Positions 48,641-59,174 of a stretch of 64,000 nucleotides of DNA are shown here, in pieces. Source of the DNA: Candidatus Gottesmanbacteria bacterium (lineage in GTDB: Bacteria > Patescibacteriota > Microgenomatia > UBA10105 > UBA927); the NCBI GenBank assembly GCA_963809665.1, contig CAWEKC010000001.1, positions 222,219 through 286,218 on the forward strand, read 5' to 3'. The notes beneath the pieces are model-generated. The model saw nothing but the letters and a program-made list of their open reading frames with translations, ran no database searches and was not told the origin of the DNA. A program made the position numbers and the translations under genes. Within the stretch, counting starts at the first letter, position 1. Each line of letters opens with the position of its first letter.

Positions 48641-50125
48641 TTACTGCGGTTTATTGAGGACAACGGGCTTGAGGCGCGAAAGGGCTTCCAATGAATACCG
48701 TACGCCCTGCACACCGAGGCCGGAATGTTTGACTCCCAAGAACGGAAAATGGTCAGGGCCCCGCTGGGGCGAACCGTTTATCTGTACCGTGCCGACGTTC
48801 AGCGATTTTGCATAGACTATTCCCGTTCCCTCATCCTTGGTAAATACACAGGCCTGCAGCCCGAACCGGGTTTGATTTATTATCGTTGCCGCGTCTCCCA
48901 TATTCGTTATTTCAATAAACGATACCACCGGACCGAATACTTCGTTAACCACAACCGGCATCGCAGGCGCAACTCCCGTCAGTATTGTCGGTTCAATAGT
49001 GGCTTTATCGTGTTTCCCGCCAACCACAATTTTTGCACCAAGCTTCACTGATTCATCAATCCATCCCTGAATCTTTTCGGCAACTTGCGGGGAAATTACG
49101 GGTCCAACGAGTTTCGTTTCAGGACTCCTCGGATCCCCGACGTGAATTAATTCTTTCATCTGAGCCAAAACCACAGGAAGAAGTGCGTCGAGAACTCCCT
49201 TTGTCCCCAATACATATTTAATCGCGGTGCACCGCTGACCGGCGTACGAGAACCCCCCTTTCACAATTTCTTTAGCGGTGAGATTCATATCCGCATCAGG
49301 AAATACGACCGCCGGATTATTGCCGCCGCACTCAAACAGTAACGGTTTCATCGGAGCTTTTCCGGCAATCGCCACACCGGTGTCGGAACTTCCGGTAAAC
49401 GCCACGGCGTCTACCTGTTTGTGGGAAACTAAATAATCTCCGATTTCGTTGCCGCCGCCTGTCACACAGGCAATAACATCAGGCGGAATTCCTGCTTTTT
49501 CAAATATACGCGCAAGGTGAACACCGCTTATCCCCCCTTGGGTCGGTGGTTTAAACAAAACCGTATTTCCCATAAGCAGTGCCGGCACAATTTTACTGGC
49601 CGCAAGGTTTACCGGATAATTAAACGGTGCAATACACAGAACAACGCCGTGCGCCACCCGCTCAACCATCGCCGTCGTACCTTTGTCATACCCGGGGAAA
49701 TCATCACTATTGATTGTTTCACCGTGAATTGACTGCACTTCATCGGCAAAATAATCGGTAAGATCCGCGGTCCGAACAATTTCACTTTTGGATTCACTCA
49801 CGGACTTGCCGATCTCGCGGACGAGTAATGTTGTGAGATATTCCTCGTAGTGCCTCACCCAATCGGCGACCAGATGCATGATCTTTACGCGTTGATTGAG
49901 GGGTTTGGCTTCCCACGCGGGTTGCGCGGCTTTTAATTTTTTTAATATGTCGTCAATTTCTGCTGCGGTTGCTACAGGGAGGTTACCAACAGCACTTTGG
50001 TCAATGGGAGAAATTATAGGAGTTGTTTTTCCGCCTGTCCCGCTTACCCACGCAGACCCGTTAAAGAATTTATATGTCGGCGGGGTTTTTGTATCGGAAA
50101 GTTGATCAAAAAATTCTTCGGGCAT
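48641..50125 (-). CDS. gapN: Aldehyde dehydrogenase, GapN-like (non-phosphorylating GAPDH)
   Basis: PFNYPVNL, FKPPTQG, FTGS, FSYAGQRCTAIK, RGPDHFPF. Confidence 0.85.
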   Translation of the reverse strand: MPEEFFDQLSDTKTPPTYKFFNGSAWVSGTGGKTTPIISPIDQSAVGNLPVATAAEIDDILKKLKAAQPAWEAKPLNQRVKIMHLVADWVRHYEEYLTTLLVREIGKSVSESKSEIVRTADLTDYFADEVQSIHGETINSDDFPGYDKGTTAMVERVAHGVVLCIAPFNYPVNLAASKIVPALLMGNTVLFKPPTQGGISGVHLARIFEKAGIPPDVIACVTGGGNEIGDYLVSHKQVDAVAFTGSSDTGVAIAGKAPMKPLLFECGGNNPAVVFPDADMNLTAKEIVKGGFSYAGQRCTAIKYVLGTKGVLDALLPVVLAQMKELIHVGDPRSPETKLVGPVISPQVAEKIQGWIDESVKLGAKIVVGGKHDKATIEPTILTGVAPAMPVVVNEVFGPVVSFIEITNMGDAATIINQTRFGLQACVFTKDEGTGIVYAKSLNVGTVQINGSPQRGPDHFPFLGVKHSGLGVQGVRYSLEALSRLKPVVLNKPQ

Positions 50126-50135
50126 GGTACATCCA

Positions 50136-50840
50136 TCATATCACGATCCGTTTGACCATACACAGAGATGTTGCGCCGTTACTTCCCGCGGCTTTTGCCG
50201 TATCTGTCAATGTGTCCAATGCAGTAGTGAGCGACGCTGTTGTCACCTCCACCTTTTCCAAAATACCCCGCATTTCTTCCTCACTCACATAATTGGCTAT
50301 ACTGTCACTGAGAAGAAGAAGGATGTCGTTCTCTAAAAATTTCTCCGAGTGTGTCGCGGGAATAAGCTGATGACGTGCAAATCCGACTGCTTTGGTAAGC
50401 ATTCCGTCCTCATCTACATCGCGGAGGGTAAGAAGATCGATAAGTCCTTCACGGTACAAATACGTATTGCTGTTTCCGGCTGACCCGAGCCAAAAATAAT
50501 CTTCTATGACGATGAGCACTGAGAGCGCGGCGGCCAACCCCGCATCGAATCCTGGATCACGGCGCTTCTGCCAAAGCCTGAGATTTGTAGACCTGAATAT
50601 TCGTTTTAAAAACGATAACTTTCCTTTCCAGTAGAACGGCCGCTGGCGGACCATCCTGTATGCCCAGAGAGCCGTCTCTCGGGTCAATTGTTCCGCTTCC
50701 AGCGCATGCGGCAGACCGGGGTACCCGTCGGCAATGATGAAACACTCGTCCTGCGAATGAACGAAGTTTTTTCCGGCATACAAAATAACGTCTTTAGGTT
50801 TCCCGGAACGGGGTATCACGAAAAAATCGTCGGGTTTCAT
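50136..50840 (-). CDS. PP2C/SpoIIE-fold protein with degenerate active site
   Basis: FIIADG, AGNS..YL.R, LLLLSDS; the C-terminal DN motif is missing. Confidence 0.7.
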   Translation of the reverse strand: MKPDDFFVIPRSGKPKDVILYAGKNFVHSQDECFIIADGYPGLPHALEAEQLTRETALWAYRMVRQRPFYWKGKLSFLKRIFRSTNLRLWQKRRDPGFDAGLAAALSVLIVIEDYFWLGSAGNSNTYLYREGLIDLLTLRDVDEDGMLTKAVGFARHQLIPATHSEKFLENDILLLLSDSIANYVSEEEMRGILEKVEVTTASLTTALDTLTDTAKAAGSNGATSLCMVKRIVI

Positions 50841-51454
50841 TATGCGAGAGCCTGGAACCGCTTAGTGACCTCAGTCCAGTTCACCACATTCCACCACGCT
50901 TTTATATACTCCACCCGCATATTCTGATATTTAAGATAGTATGCGTGTTCCCACACATCGATCGTAAGTATCGGAGTTTTCCCATCGTTCACCGGACTGT
51001 CCTGATTGGATGTATCGGTGATAATCAATTGCCCCTTATCGGCAACTAACCAGGCCCAACCGCTACCGAAATGATTAAGAGCTATAGAGCTGAATTGCTC
51101 CTGAAATTTTTCGAAACCTCCAAATGTGGTATTGATAGCGGTGGCAATATCACCCACGGGACCCACCCCGCTGCTCGCGAGCGGCGGGGCCATTATTGTC
51201 CAAAAGAAACTGTGATTTGCGTGACCGCCTCCGTTGTTTTTTACTTTCGTGCGGATAGCTTCCGGCACGCGGGATAAATCTGCGATAAGTTTCTCTACAG
51301 GCAGTGCCAAAAGTTCATTTTGACCCAAAAGCACATCGTTGAGATTTTTCACATAGGTTGCATGATGCTTATCGTGATGGATATGCATCGTCGTTTCATC
51401 AATGTACGGCTCCAGCGCGTTGTACGCGTATGGTAAATCCGGAAGAGTAAACAT
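50840..51454 (-). CDS. sodA: Fe/Mn superoxide dismutase
   Basis: [31 protein letters not shown]. Confidence 0.96.
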   Translation of the reverse strand: MFTLPDLPYAYNALEPYIDETTMHIHHDKHHATYVKNLNDVLLGQNELLALPVEKLIADLSRVPEAIRTKVKNNGGGHANHSFFWTIMAPPLASSGVGPVGDIATAINTTFGGFEKFQEQFSSIALNHFGSGWAWLVADKGQLIITDTSNQDSPVNDGKTPILTIDVWEHAYYLKYQNMRVEYIKAWWNVVNWTEVTKRFQALA

Positions 51455-51536
51455 AGGGTACCTCCTTTTATATACGAATATTTGTGTCTATATTATACTA
51501 CACACTGTCATGTTCCATTCTTGATATAATATGCAC

Positions 51537-53798
51537 ATGAATCGCCCGATCAGCTCACGGCTAAAAAGCAATACCGCTAAAATCAAAAATTATTTACTAA
51601 AACCTACGGGTAGAAAACGGAGGAAAAAAATTCCCCGCTGGGCATGGGCGTTCTGGGCCTTACCCTTTCTTATGGTGTTACTGTCGTATCTTTTAATCTT
51701 TAAAGATCTCCCGTCACCTGCAAAATTAGCACAGTACAATATTCCTATTTCAACAAAAATTTATGACAGGAACGGCCAATTGCTGTTTGACATTTATGCC
51801 GACCAGAACCGTTCACCTGTTCCGCTATCCGAAATTCCTAAGTACCTGCAGCAAGCGACGATTTCCATTGAAGACAAAAACTTCTATCAGCATCAGGGAG
51901 TCAATATCATCGGCGGCATGCTGCGTGCACTTGCTGCGGATATTACGCGCGGACAGTTACAGGGTGGCTCGACCATTACCCAGCAATTGGTAAAATCCGC
52001 CCTTCTGTCTCCTGAGCGCACTGTCACGCGTAAAATCAAAGAGATTATTCTCGCGTTATGGGTGGAAGCGTTGTATCCCAAAGATAAAATACTGGAACTG
52101 TATCTCAATCAGGTCCCCTACGGGGGTACTGCCTGGGGCGTGGAGTCGGCAAGTGAGCAATATTTCGGTAAAAAAGTCGAGAACCTGACACTTGCGGAGG
52201 CCGCACTTTTGGCAGGACTGCCGCAGGCTCCGACACAATATTCCCCGTTCGGAGCACACCCGGATCTTGCCGTAACCCGCCAGAAAGAAGTGCTCGCGCG
52301 TATGGTCGAAGATAAGTATATAACTCACGAGCAGGCGGATCAGGCCGCAACCCAGCCGCTGGTGTTTAAAAACGAAACCGGCATCAAAGCCCCCCATTTT
52401 GTCATGTATGTCAGAGAACAATTGGTACAAAAGTACGGAGAAGCACTGGTGGCAAAAGGAGGGTTGAAAGTTACGACCACACTGGACCTGGATCTTCAGG
52501 ATTATGCCCAGGCAACCGTTGCCGCGGAGGTAGCAAAATTAAAAACGTATCACGTGACCAACGGCGCAGCACTCATTACCAAGCCCGCAACAGGAGAAAT
52601 ACTGGCTATGGTCGGTAGTGTGGATTATTTTGCATCACCGTCGGGAAATTATAACGTCGTTACGGCACTGCGCCAACCCGGATCCAGCATCAAACCCATT
52701 AACTACGCAATAGGTCTGGAAAAACATATCGTGACTCCGGCTACCATGTTTATTGACGAACCGACCTGTTTCGGAATCGGTCCCGGAAAACCCGCATACT
52801 GCCCCGTCAATTACGACGGAAAATTTCACGGTCCTGTACAACTGCGGATGGCACTGGGCAATTCATTTAATATTCCTGCGGTTAAAATGCTCTACATGAA
52901 TACCGTGACCGACATGGTTGCCTCCGCCAGCGCCTTCGGCATTACGACATTTAAGGATCCCAGCCAATACGGACTATCACTCACATTGGGAGGCGGGGAT
53001 ATCCACATGACCGACATGGCAACGGCATTCGGCGTATTTGCCAACGGCGGGATACGGCACGATCTCGTGTCCATTCTCAAAGTGGTCGATAAAAACGGCA
53101 AAGTACTTGAGGAATATAAAGACCCGAATTTAGGAAAAGACATCCCGTCACAGCTTCTCATGACGGGGCCCAGGGTATTATCCGCCGAAACCGCATTCCT
53201 TATTTCCCACATTCTTCTTGACAATAATGCGCGTCAGCAGGAATTCGGCGCTGCCTCAGAGCTCTATATTCCCAACCGCGCCGTGTCAGTGAAAACCGGA
53301 ACAACCAACGATCTCCGCGACAACTGGACCATCGGGTTCACGCCGCAGGTACTCGTCGCCACATGGGTAGGAAACAACGATAATTCACCCATGAATCCAT
53401 ATCTCGTGTCGGGCATCACCGGTGCGGCTCCCATCTGGCATATACTTATGGTGGAGGCCTTAGCGGGTAAACCGGACATCTGGCCTAAACAACCCGACGG
53501 CATTGTCGGTGCACAGGTCTGTGTTATAACCGGCCTGCTGCCTCCAAACCCCGACCCCAATGCAGGAGATAAGGGGTGCGCGACACGATTTGAATACTTT
53601 ATTAAGGGAACTATCCCTACCCAACGGGAAAATCTCAAACAATCGGTACTTATCGATAAAGATACCGGCGATCTCGTTGAGCCCAATAAACCAAATGCAA
53701 ACGTGGAAATGCAGGATCATCAGGTAATAAGCGATGGTATATCACGCTGGTGCCTGGATTGCCAGCATCCCGCAGGAAAGTCCGTATTTATTAAATAA
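51537..53798 (+). CDS. Class A penicillin-binding protein (PBP1A family)
   Basis: EDKNF, GGSTITQQ, RKIKE, SSIK (SxxK), SFN, KTG. Confidence 0.95.
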   Translation: MNRPISSRLKSNTAKIKNYLLKPTGRKRRKKIPRWAWAFWALPFLMVLLSYLLIFKDLPSPAKLAQYNIPISTKIYDRNGQLLFDIYADQNRSPVPLSEIPKYLQQATISIEDKNFYQHQGVNIIGGMLRALAADITRGQLQGGSTITQQLVKSALLSPERTVTRKIKEIILALWVEALYPKDKILELYLNQVPYGGTAWGVESASEQYFGKKVENLTLAEAALLAGLPQAPTQYSPFGAHPDLAVTRQKEVLARMVEDKYITHEQADQAATQPLVFKNETGIKAPHFVMYVREQLVQKYGEALVAKGGLKVTTTLDLDLQDYAQATVAAEVAKLKTYHVTNGAALITKPATGEILAMVGSVDYFASPSGNYNVVTALRQPGSSIKPINYAIGLEKHIVTPATMFIDEPTCFGIGPGKPAYCPVNYDGKFHGPVQLRMALGNSFNIPAVKMLYMNTVTDMVASASAFGITTFKDPSQYGLSLTLGGGDIHMTDMATAFGVFANGGIRHDLVSILKVVDKNGKVLEEYKDPNLGKDIPSQLLMTGPRVLSAETAFLISHILLDNNARQQEFGAASELYIPNRAVSVKTGTTNDLRDNWTIGFTPQVLVATWVGNNDNSPMNPYLVSGITGAAPIWHILMVEALAGKPDIWPKQPDGIVGAQVCVITGLLPPNPDPNAGDKGCATRFEYFIKGTIPTQRENLKQSVLIDKDTGDLVEPNKPNANVEMQDHQVISDGISRWCLDCQHPAGKSVFIK

Positions 53799-53848
53799 TT
53801 TCTTTCCCCTTGTCCCGAGGCTGACGTTTGTGATATAACACACACGAT

Positions 53849-56182
53849 ATGGCGCGCCGGAAAGAGCTAAATTTAAATACCCCGCTGAGGGAGGTTACCC
53901 TTGTTTCTTTTTTGTTATTTCTTCCGCGTGTACTGATTGCTATAGGAAACGCAGTGCGCTTCATTGTATCGCTCATATTTCATGTTCTTGCGATATCAAT
54001 AGTCACCTCCGGTATTGTCATCCGCAACAGCCTACGCGCTATCCCCCGGCCCAAAAAGATACAAAAAGGCCCCGGAGTGCCTAAAATTACGGTACCGAAA
54101 ATCCGTGTACCGCACATAACGCTGCCGGTCATACATTTCCCAAAACTGCCTGCATTCAAAAAACGGTTACGGCCGCTTCCTCCGCCGCCGGCTGTCATCC
54201 GTATCTGGCCAGCCAAAACAGAACAAATAAAATCATTTATCGCAGGTATATGTGTGACGATCCTGTTTTTCTTACTACCGTATAATGCATACCAATGGCT
54301 CAAATCTCTCCCCGACCCCCAGCTGTTAACCCGGCGGGATCTGGAAGTAACGACAAAAATTTTTGACCGCACCGGTGTACTTCTATATGAAATTTATACT
54401 GATCAGAACCGCACGCCCCTGCCGCTGGCGCAAATTCCCAAACTCATGCAGGAAGCAACCATCGCCATCGAGGATAAAAACTTTTATCAGCATCCGGGAT
54501 TTTCAGTTACCGGTATTATACGGGCGGCACGTGAAACACTCCTCAACAAACAGATTCAGGGAGGCTCAACCATTACGCAGCAGCTTATAAAATCCGCCCT
54601 GCTGACACCTGAAGTAAGCATCCCGCGGAAAGTAAAAGAAATCATTCTTGCGTTTTGGGCAGAACGCCTGTACAGCAAAAATCAGATTCTTGAAATGTAT
54701 TTAAATCAGGTGCCGTACGGCGGTACTGCTTGGGGTATAGAAGCCGCCAGCCAGACCTATTTCGGAACGCCGGTGGGCTCACTTAACCTGGCACAGATGG
54801 CAATCCTTGCCGGACTGCCGGCAGCACCTTCGGAATATTCCCCGTTCAACTCTCATCCGGAAAAAGCATTTGAGCGGCAGAAAGAAGTACTCCGTAGGAT
54901 GACGGAAGACAACTATATTACCCCCCAGCAGGAACAAGAGGCGCTTGCCACACCGATTAAATTTACGACTCCCCGTATTCCTATCCGGGCTCCGCATTTC
55001 GTCATGTATGTGAAGGATTTACTCGAACAACAGTATGGCCCTCGGTTGGTTGAACAAGGGGGTCTGCGGATTACCACATCGCTGGATATTACGATGCAGG
55101 AAAAAGCGGAAAATATAGTGCGTACCCAAATAGAGTCGCTTGCGGGCCTGCGGGTCGGGAACGGCGCGGCTTTGGTCACAGATCCGGCGACCGGAGAAAT
55201 ACTTGCCATGGTCGGGAGTCATGATTATTTCGACACAGCAAACGACGGCAACGTCAATGTCACGACGAGTCTTCGCCAACCGGGGTCAAGCATTAAAGTC
55301 GTCAATTACTCGGCGGCGCTCGAAAACGGATTTACCGCGGCAACAATTCTTGACGATTCTCCGGTGGTCTATCAGACCGCAGGTAGCCCGCCGTACGCTC
55401 CTGTTAATTACGACGGAAAATTCCACGGCTCAGTCCCGCTGCGGTATGCCTTAGGCAATTCCTATAACGTACCTGCCGTCAAAACGCTCGCAAAAATCGG
55501 GGTGTCCGCGATGGTTGAAAAGGGGCAAGCAATGGGTATCAGCTCATGGACGGATCCGGGCAGATTCGGGCTTTCACTCACACTGGGCGGCGGAGACGTC
55601 ACCATGCTTGATATGGCTAGGGTGTTCGGGACACTTGCCAACAACGGATCACGGATGGACCTCCAGCCGATTCTGGAAATCACCGATTATTCAGGCCACG
55701 TATTGGAAAAAAATACAAAGAAAACCGGGGTTGCTGCCGTGAAAGCAGGGGTTGCATGGATAATCAGCAACATATTAAGCGATAATTCTGCGCGTACTGC
55801 AGCATTTGGTCCCAACTCAAGTCTTGTTATCCCCGGGAAAACCGTATCGGTTAAAACCGGAACGACAGACAGCAAACGGGATAACTGGACCATCGGATAT
55901 ACTCCGTCTCTTCTGACTGTTGTCTGGGTGGGCAATAATAACAATGCGCCGATGGATCCGCAGCTGACATCCGGAGTCACGGGTGCAGCCCCGATCTGGC
56001 ATGACCTTATGGCGGAATTTTTGAAAGATAAACCCAATGAAGTGGCTGCAAAACCGGATGATGTGATTTCCGTTCCCTGCTACTTTAACCGTACGGAGTA
56101 TTTCATCAAGGGCACGGAACCGGTAGGAGGCAAATGTGCACCGATCCCCACACCGTCACCAACGCCGACTCCGGGCGGCTGA
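53849..56182 (+). CDS. Second class A PBP with extended N-terminus
   Basis: EDKNF, GGSTITQQ, SSIK, SYN, KTG. Confidence 0.95.
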   Translation: MARRKELNLNTPLREVTLVSFLLFLPRVLIAIGNAVRFIVSLIFHVLAISIVTSGIVIRNSLRAIPRPKKIQKGPGVPKITVPKIRVPHITLPVIHFPKLPAFKKRLRPLPPPPAVIRIWPAKTEQIKSFIAGICVTILFFLLPYNAYQWLKSLPDPQLLTRRDLEVTTKIFDRTGVLLYEIYTDQNRTPLPLAQIPKLMQEATIAIEDKNFYQHPGFSVTGIIRAARETLLNKQIQGGSTITQQLIKSALLTPEVSIPRKVKEIILAFWAERLYSKNQILEMYLNQVPYGGTAWGIEAASQTYFGTPVGSLNLAQMAILAGLPAAPSEYSPFNSHPEKAFERQKEVLRRMTEDNYITPQQEQEALATPIKFTTPRIPIRAPHFVMYVKDLLEQQYGPRLVEQGGLRITTSLDITMQEKAENIVRTQIESLAGLRVGNGAALVTDPATGEILAMVGSHDYFDTANDGNVNVTTSLRQPGSSIKVVNYSAALENGFTAATILDDSPVVYQTAGSPPYAPVNYDGKFHGSVPLRYALGNSYNVPAVKTLAKIGVSAMVEKGQAMGISSWTDPGRFGLSLTLGGGDVTMLDMARVFGTLANNGSRMDLQPILEITDYSGHVLEKNTKKTGVAAVKAGVAWIISNILSDNSARTAAFGPNSSLVIPGKTVSVKTGTTDSKRDNWTIGYTPSLLTVVWVGNNNNAPMDPQLTSGVTGAAPIWHDLMAEFLKDKPNEVAAKPDDVISVPCYFNRTEYFIKGTEPVGGKCAPIPTPSPTPTPGG

Positions 56183-56184
56183 TA

Positions 56185-56397
56185 TTATTTCGACGGAACC
56201 CCGCCTTTTTCCAATCCGTTTCCCGTGCTTCCGGTAATATTTTCCGGCGATCCCAGATTCGAACCTGCCGGTGTCGGAGTTCCCTGTACGGTTTTGTTTA
56301 CCGTTGCCGGCGTAACGGTTCTTCCTTTGAAATAAAACCATCCGATAAGTACTGCCGCAGCAAATAATACGAGCCCGAGAAAAATCCTGTTATTCAT
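56185..56397 (-). CDS. Small membrane-anchored hypothetical protein
   Basis: GGAGG SD, then MNNRIFLGLVLF TM helix and a PT-rich tail. Confidence 0.6.
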   Translation of the reverse strand: MNNRIFLGLVLFAAAVLIGWFYFKGRTVTPATVNKTVQGTPTPAGSNLGSPENITGSTGNGLEKGGVPSK

Positions 56398-56414
56398 GTA
56401 TATAGTCACCTCCC

Positions 56415-56885
56415 CTACGTATATCTGTCCGCTACTTTACTGGCTGCATAACTCTCCGGTTTAATTTTCACCCGGTATCCTGACCCTCTGATCATACCGG
56501 TGATTTCATTGATCATCTCGTGCGTATCGCCGAATTTGCCGATATCTACGTGGATCTCGACATCATATTTCGTGATGCCGTCCCGGTGCAGTAACGCCAA
56601 TACTATCTCTGCCATTTCCAAGGACATCGTTGCTTCTTCATACATACGGTCTCGGAGCACATAATGTTTCTTATTCACCGTCCGTTTCCAGAAGTATATC
56701 CCGCCGGTACCAAGCCGGTGAATGACGATTGCCGTGACAAAATCCACGCCTGACCCGTTATGCGGTTGAGAATCGGTCCCGACCACAAGTTCATATTTTC
56801 TTTCGGGATCTTTTGCGAGGAACAGGAGAATTTTTTCCCTGACTTGGGCCAGCTCAAGCTCCCCGTATGTGGGACTCTGGAACAT
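56415..56885 (-). CDS. RNase H-like YkuK/DUF458 family protein
   Basis: VGTDSQ, FVTAIV, EIHVDIG, IKPES.AASKVAD. Confidence 0.88.
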   Translation of the reverse strand: MFQSPTYGELELAQVREKILLFLAKDPERKYELVVGTDSQPHNGSGVDFVTAIVIHRLGTGGIYFWKRTVNKKHYVLRDRMYEEATMSLEMAEIVLALLHRDGITKYDVEIHVDIGKFGDTHEMINEITGMIRGSGYRVKIKPESYAASKVADRYT

Positions 56886-56902
56886 AAGAAGGCTATTGTA
56901 CC

Positions 56903-56938
56903 ACCAAAAACCCCGGCTGTAACGTCGGGGTAGTTGGT
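56903..56938 (-). terminator. Intrinsic terminator after the RRM gene
   Basis: ACCCCGAC..GCCGGGG hairpin followed by TTTTT on the minus strand. Confidence 0.65.
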
Positions 56939-56960
56939 TAATACACGTAATAACTATTCG

Positions 56961-57227
56961 TTATTGTCGTGGTCGCTCTTCGCGAGGTCTCGCTTCGTTT
57001 ACGACCAATGCTCGGCCTTCAACGTCTTTGCCATTGAACATTTCAATAGCTTTCTTTGATTCCTCTTCGGATGCCATTTCGACAAATCCGAAACCGCGTG
57101 ACCGTCCAGAATATTTATCTGAGATCACTTTGGCGCTCGTGACAGTGCCAGCTTCCGCAAATAATTGCGCAAGTTTGTCATTGTCCATAGCATAGGGAAG
57201 ATTCCCTACAAATAGATTAGTTGCCAT
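56961..57227 (-). CDS. RRM (RNP-1) RNA-binding protein
   Basis: LFVGNL (RNP2), RGFGFVEM (RNP1), VNEARPRE. Confidence 0.96.
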   Translation of the reverse strand: MATNLFVGNLPYAMDNDKLAQLFAEAGTVTSAKVISDKYSGRSRGFGFVEMASEEESKKAIEMFNGKDVEGRALVVNEARPREERPRQ

Positions 57228-57354
57228 ATGGGACTCCTTTCTCCTTAGGACTTAAAGGTGAGATATCTCGCCTAAAGAGAAAGTCAAGAGGTTTAATTCT
57301 CACTTTCACAGGACGGTTCCACACTTCTTTCCTAGGTCAACAAGGAGTATACCA
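57228..57354 (-). promoter_or_regulatory. Extended -10 promoter (TGGTATACT) and about 110-nt structured 5' leader of the RRM gene
   Basis: 13-bp arm CTTTCTCTTTAGG pairs with CCTAAGGAGAAAG, covering the SD region. Confidence 0.6.
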
Positions 57355-57363
57355 CATAGGGAG

Positions 57364-57972
57364 CTACTGGACAACTTCTTCCTCATCAACCGCGTCGCCG
57401 GAGGATTGCCCGGAAGCAGCTGACGACGTGTCAGGAGTAAAGGCAAACGTTTTTACAATGCCGTCCTCTATCGTTTGCCAGTACGCTTTATCCGTAAGGG
57501 TCCCGTCAACATAGAACAGAAGGCCCTCGCTCACCGTACCGACTATGAGTTTCGCGCTGGGACTCGCAACGAGAATTTTCTTTGCCGGCTCACCGCCCAG
57601 CGTGGTATCAATGGACGTCCCGGTTGCATAAAGTTTTTTCACCCAGCTATCCAGTGTCGTTACGCCCTTTGGCAGGTCGCTTGCCCAGACAATAATACTC
57701 CCCTGATGATCTTTACTCGTCAGTTCAACGTGAGCGTAGTTGTCCGGATCTTCCTCATGTTTATTGACGGATAAATCTTTGGGGTACTGGAATGAAAATC
57801 CCGCCGGATCGTCCCACGTTGTAAGTTCAACTAATGGCGTTGGTGTTGGTGAAGTAACTACGGCTTCTCCCGGTGAGATAACTTTTGTACTACGTTGCCA
57901 AAAGAATAATACTCCCCCGGTTATAACGCCTAGAACAATAATGACTCCCGTTATAATCCATAATTTCTTCAT
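57364..57972 (-). CDS. Membrane-anchored PsbP-like hypothetical protein
   Basis: N-terminal TM, PT linker, GFSFQYP, terminal 'IVKTFAF'. Confidence 0.6.
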   Translation of the reverse strand: MKKLWIITGVIIVLGVITGGVLFFWQRSTKVISPGEAVVTSPTPTPLVELTTWDDPAGFSFQYPKDLSVNKHEEDPDNYAHVELTSKDHQGSIIVWASDLPKGVTTLDSWVKKLYATGTSIDTTLGGEPAKKILVASPSAKLIVGTVSEGLLFYVDGTLTDKAYWQTIEDGIVKTFAFTPDTSSAASGQSSGDAVDEEEVVQ

Positions 57973-58002
57973 GGCACAAGTATATCATGGTATACTATTG
58001 CC

Positions 58003-58407
58003 ATGAAACGAATAGTTTCCGCGGTAGTTATAATTCTTCTTTTAATTATTTTTATTAATCCTCCGCAGGTATTTGCCCTCAAAAAACGCATTCGCGCGGC
58101 GCGGGCGGTCTATTCTTCCGTAAAACTATCCCGCGCAACGCACAGCGTCATCGCAACGTTTTACGCACTACGGGGGGTTGCTAAATTTGATTACGTATTA
58201 AGTTATTCGGCAAACGGCATTCCGCAAGGCGTGGTCGGTGCGTTTGTGCCAAGCGGCAGCAACGACTCACGGGATCTCTATTTCGGTACCTGCAGTAAGG
58301 GCGTCTGCACGCCGCATTACGGTATTACCAATGCCTCGCTCACGATCACCGCCACTACGACGGGAGGCGCCACATACATCAAACGGTACGTTATTAAAAA
58401 TATCTAG
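58003..58407 (+). CDS. Exported hypothetical protein
   Basis: Signal peptide; LYFGTCSKGVC motif. Confidence 0.65.
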   Translation: MKRIVSAVVIILLLIIFINPPQVFALKKRIRAARAVYSSVKLSRATHSVIATFYALRGVAKFDYVLSYSANGIPQGVVGAFVPSGSNDSRDLYFGTCSKGVCTPHYGITNASLTITATTTGGATYIKRYVIKNI

Positions 58408-58413
58408 AGCCGC

Positions 58414-59169
58414 ATGAACGTACTCTCCGCAATCATTCTTTCTATCATTGAAGGCATTACGGAATTTTTACCAATCTCCAGTACCGGGCACATGATCCTG
58501 GCCGGTACGTTACTACACATTGCGGAAACGGATTTCGTCAAAAGTTTTGAGATTATTATCCAGCTCGGAGCGATACTCGCCGTGTTACTGCTTTATTGGA
58601 GAAAGTTATTGACGAATAGGAATACGTTTATACACGTGGCCATTGCGTTCGTCCCGACGGCAATCGTAGGACTCGTATTCTATAAGTTTATTAAAGACGT
58701 ACTACTGGGAAATCCGTGGATTGTCGTCTGGAGTTTAGGAATCGGAGGAATACTGCTCATACTTGTTGAAAAATTATATAAGGAAAAACAACAAGAAATG
58801 ACTTTATTCCATGCGTTCCTGATCGGATGTGCGCAGTCTCTCTCTGTTATTCCCGGTGTCTCCCGCGCTGCAGCAACGATTGTGGGCGCGCGCCTCTTGG
58901 GAATGAAGCGGGAAGATGCAGTGGAATTTTCATTTTTACTTGCCATCCCCACGATGGCAGCTGCCACGGGACTGGATCTTATAAAAAGCGGCAGGAATTT
59001 TACCGGCGGTCAATATGAACTCCTGGCAATCGGCTTCATCGGCGCATTCATCACCGCGCTTATCACGGTGAAATGGTTCATCGCCTTCGTTAAAACCCAC
59101 ACCTTCATCCCCTTCGCCATCTACCGGATCCTCGTTGCGGTTGCCTTTTATTTCTTCATACTGAGGTAA
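58414..59169 (+). CDS. uppP: Undecaprenyl-diphosphatase UppP/BacA
   Basis: EGITEFLPISSTGH, IQLGAILAV, PGVSRA, FSFLLAIP. Confidence 0.96.
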   Translation: MNVLSAIILSIIEGITEFLPISSTGHMILAGTLLHIAETDFVKSFEIIIQLGAILAVLLLYWRKLLTNRNTFIHVAIAFVPTAIVGLVFYKFIKDVLLGNPWIVVWSLGIGGILLILVEKLYKEKQQEMTLFHAFLIGCAQSLSVIPGVSRAAATIVGARLLGMKREDAVEFSFLLAIPTMAAATGLDLIKSGRNFTGGQYELLAIGFIGAFITALITVKWFIAFVKTHTFIPFAIYRILVAVAFYFFILR

Positions 59170-59174
59170 CCACC

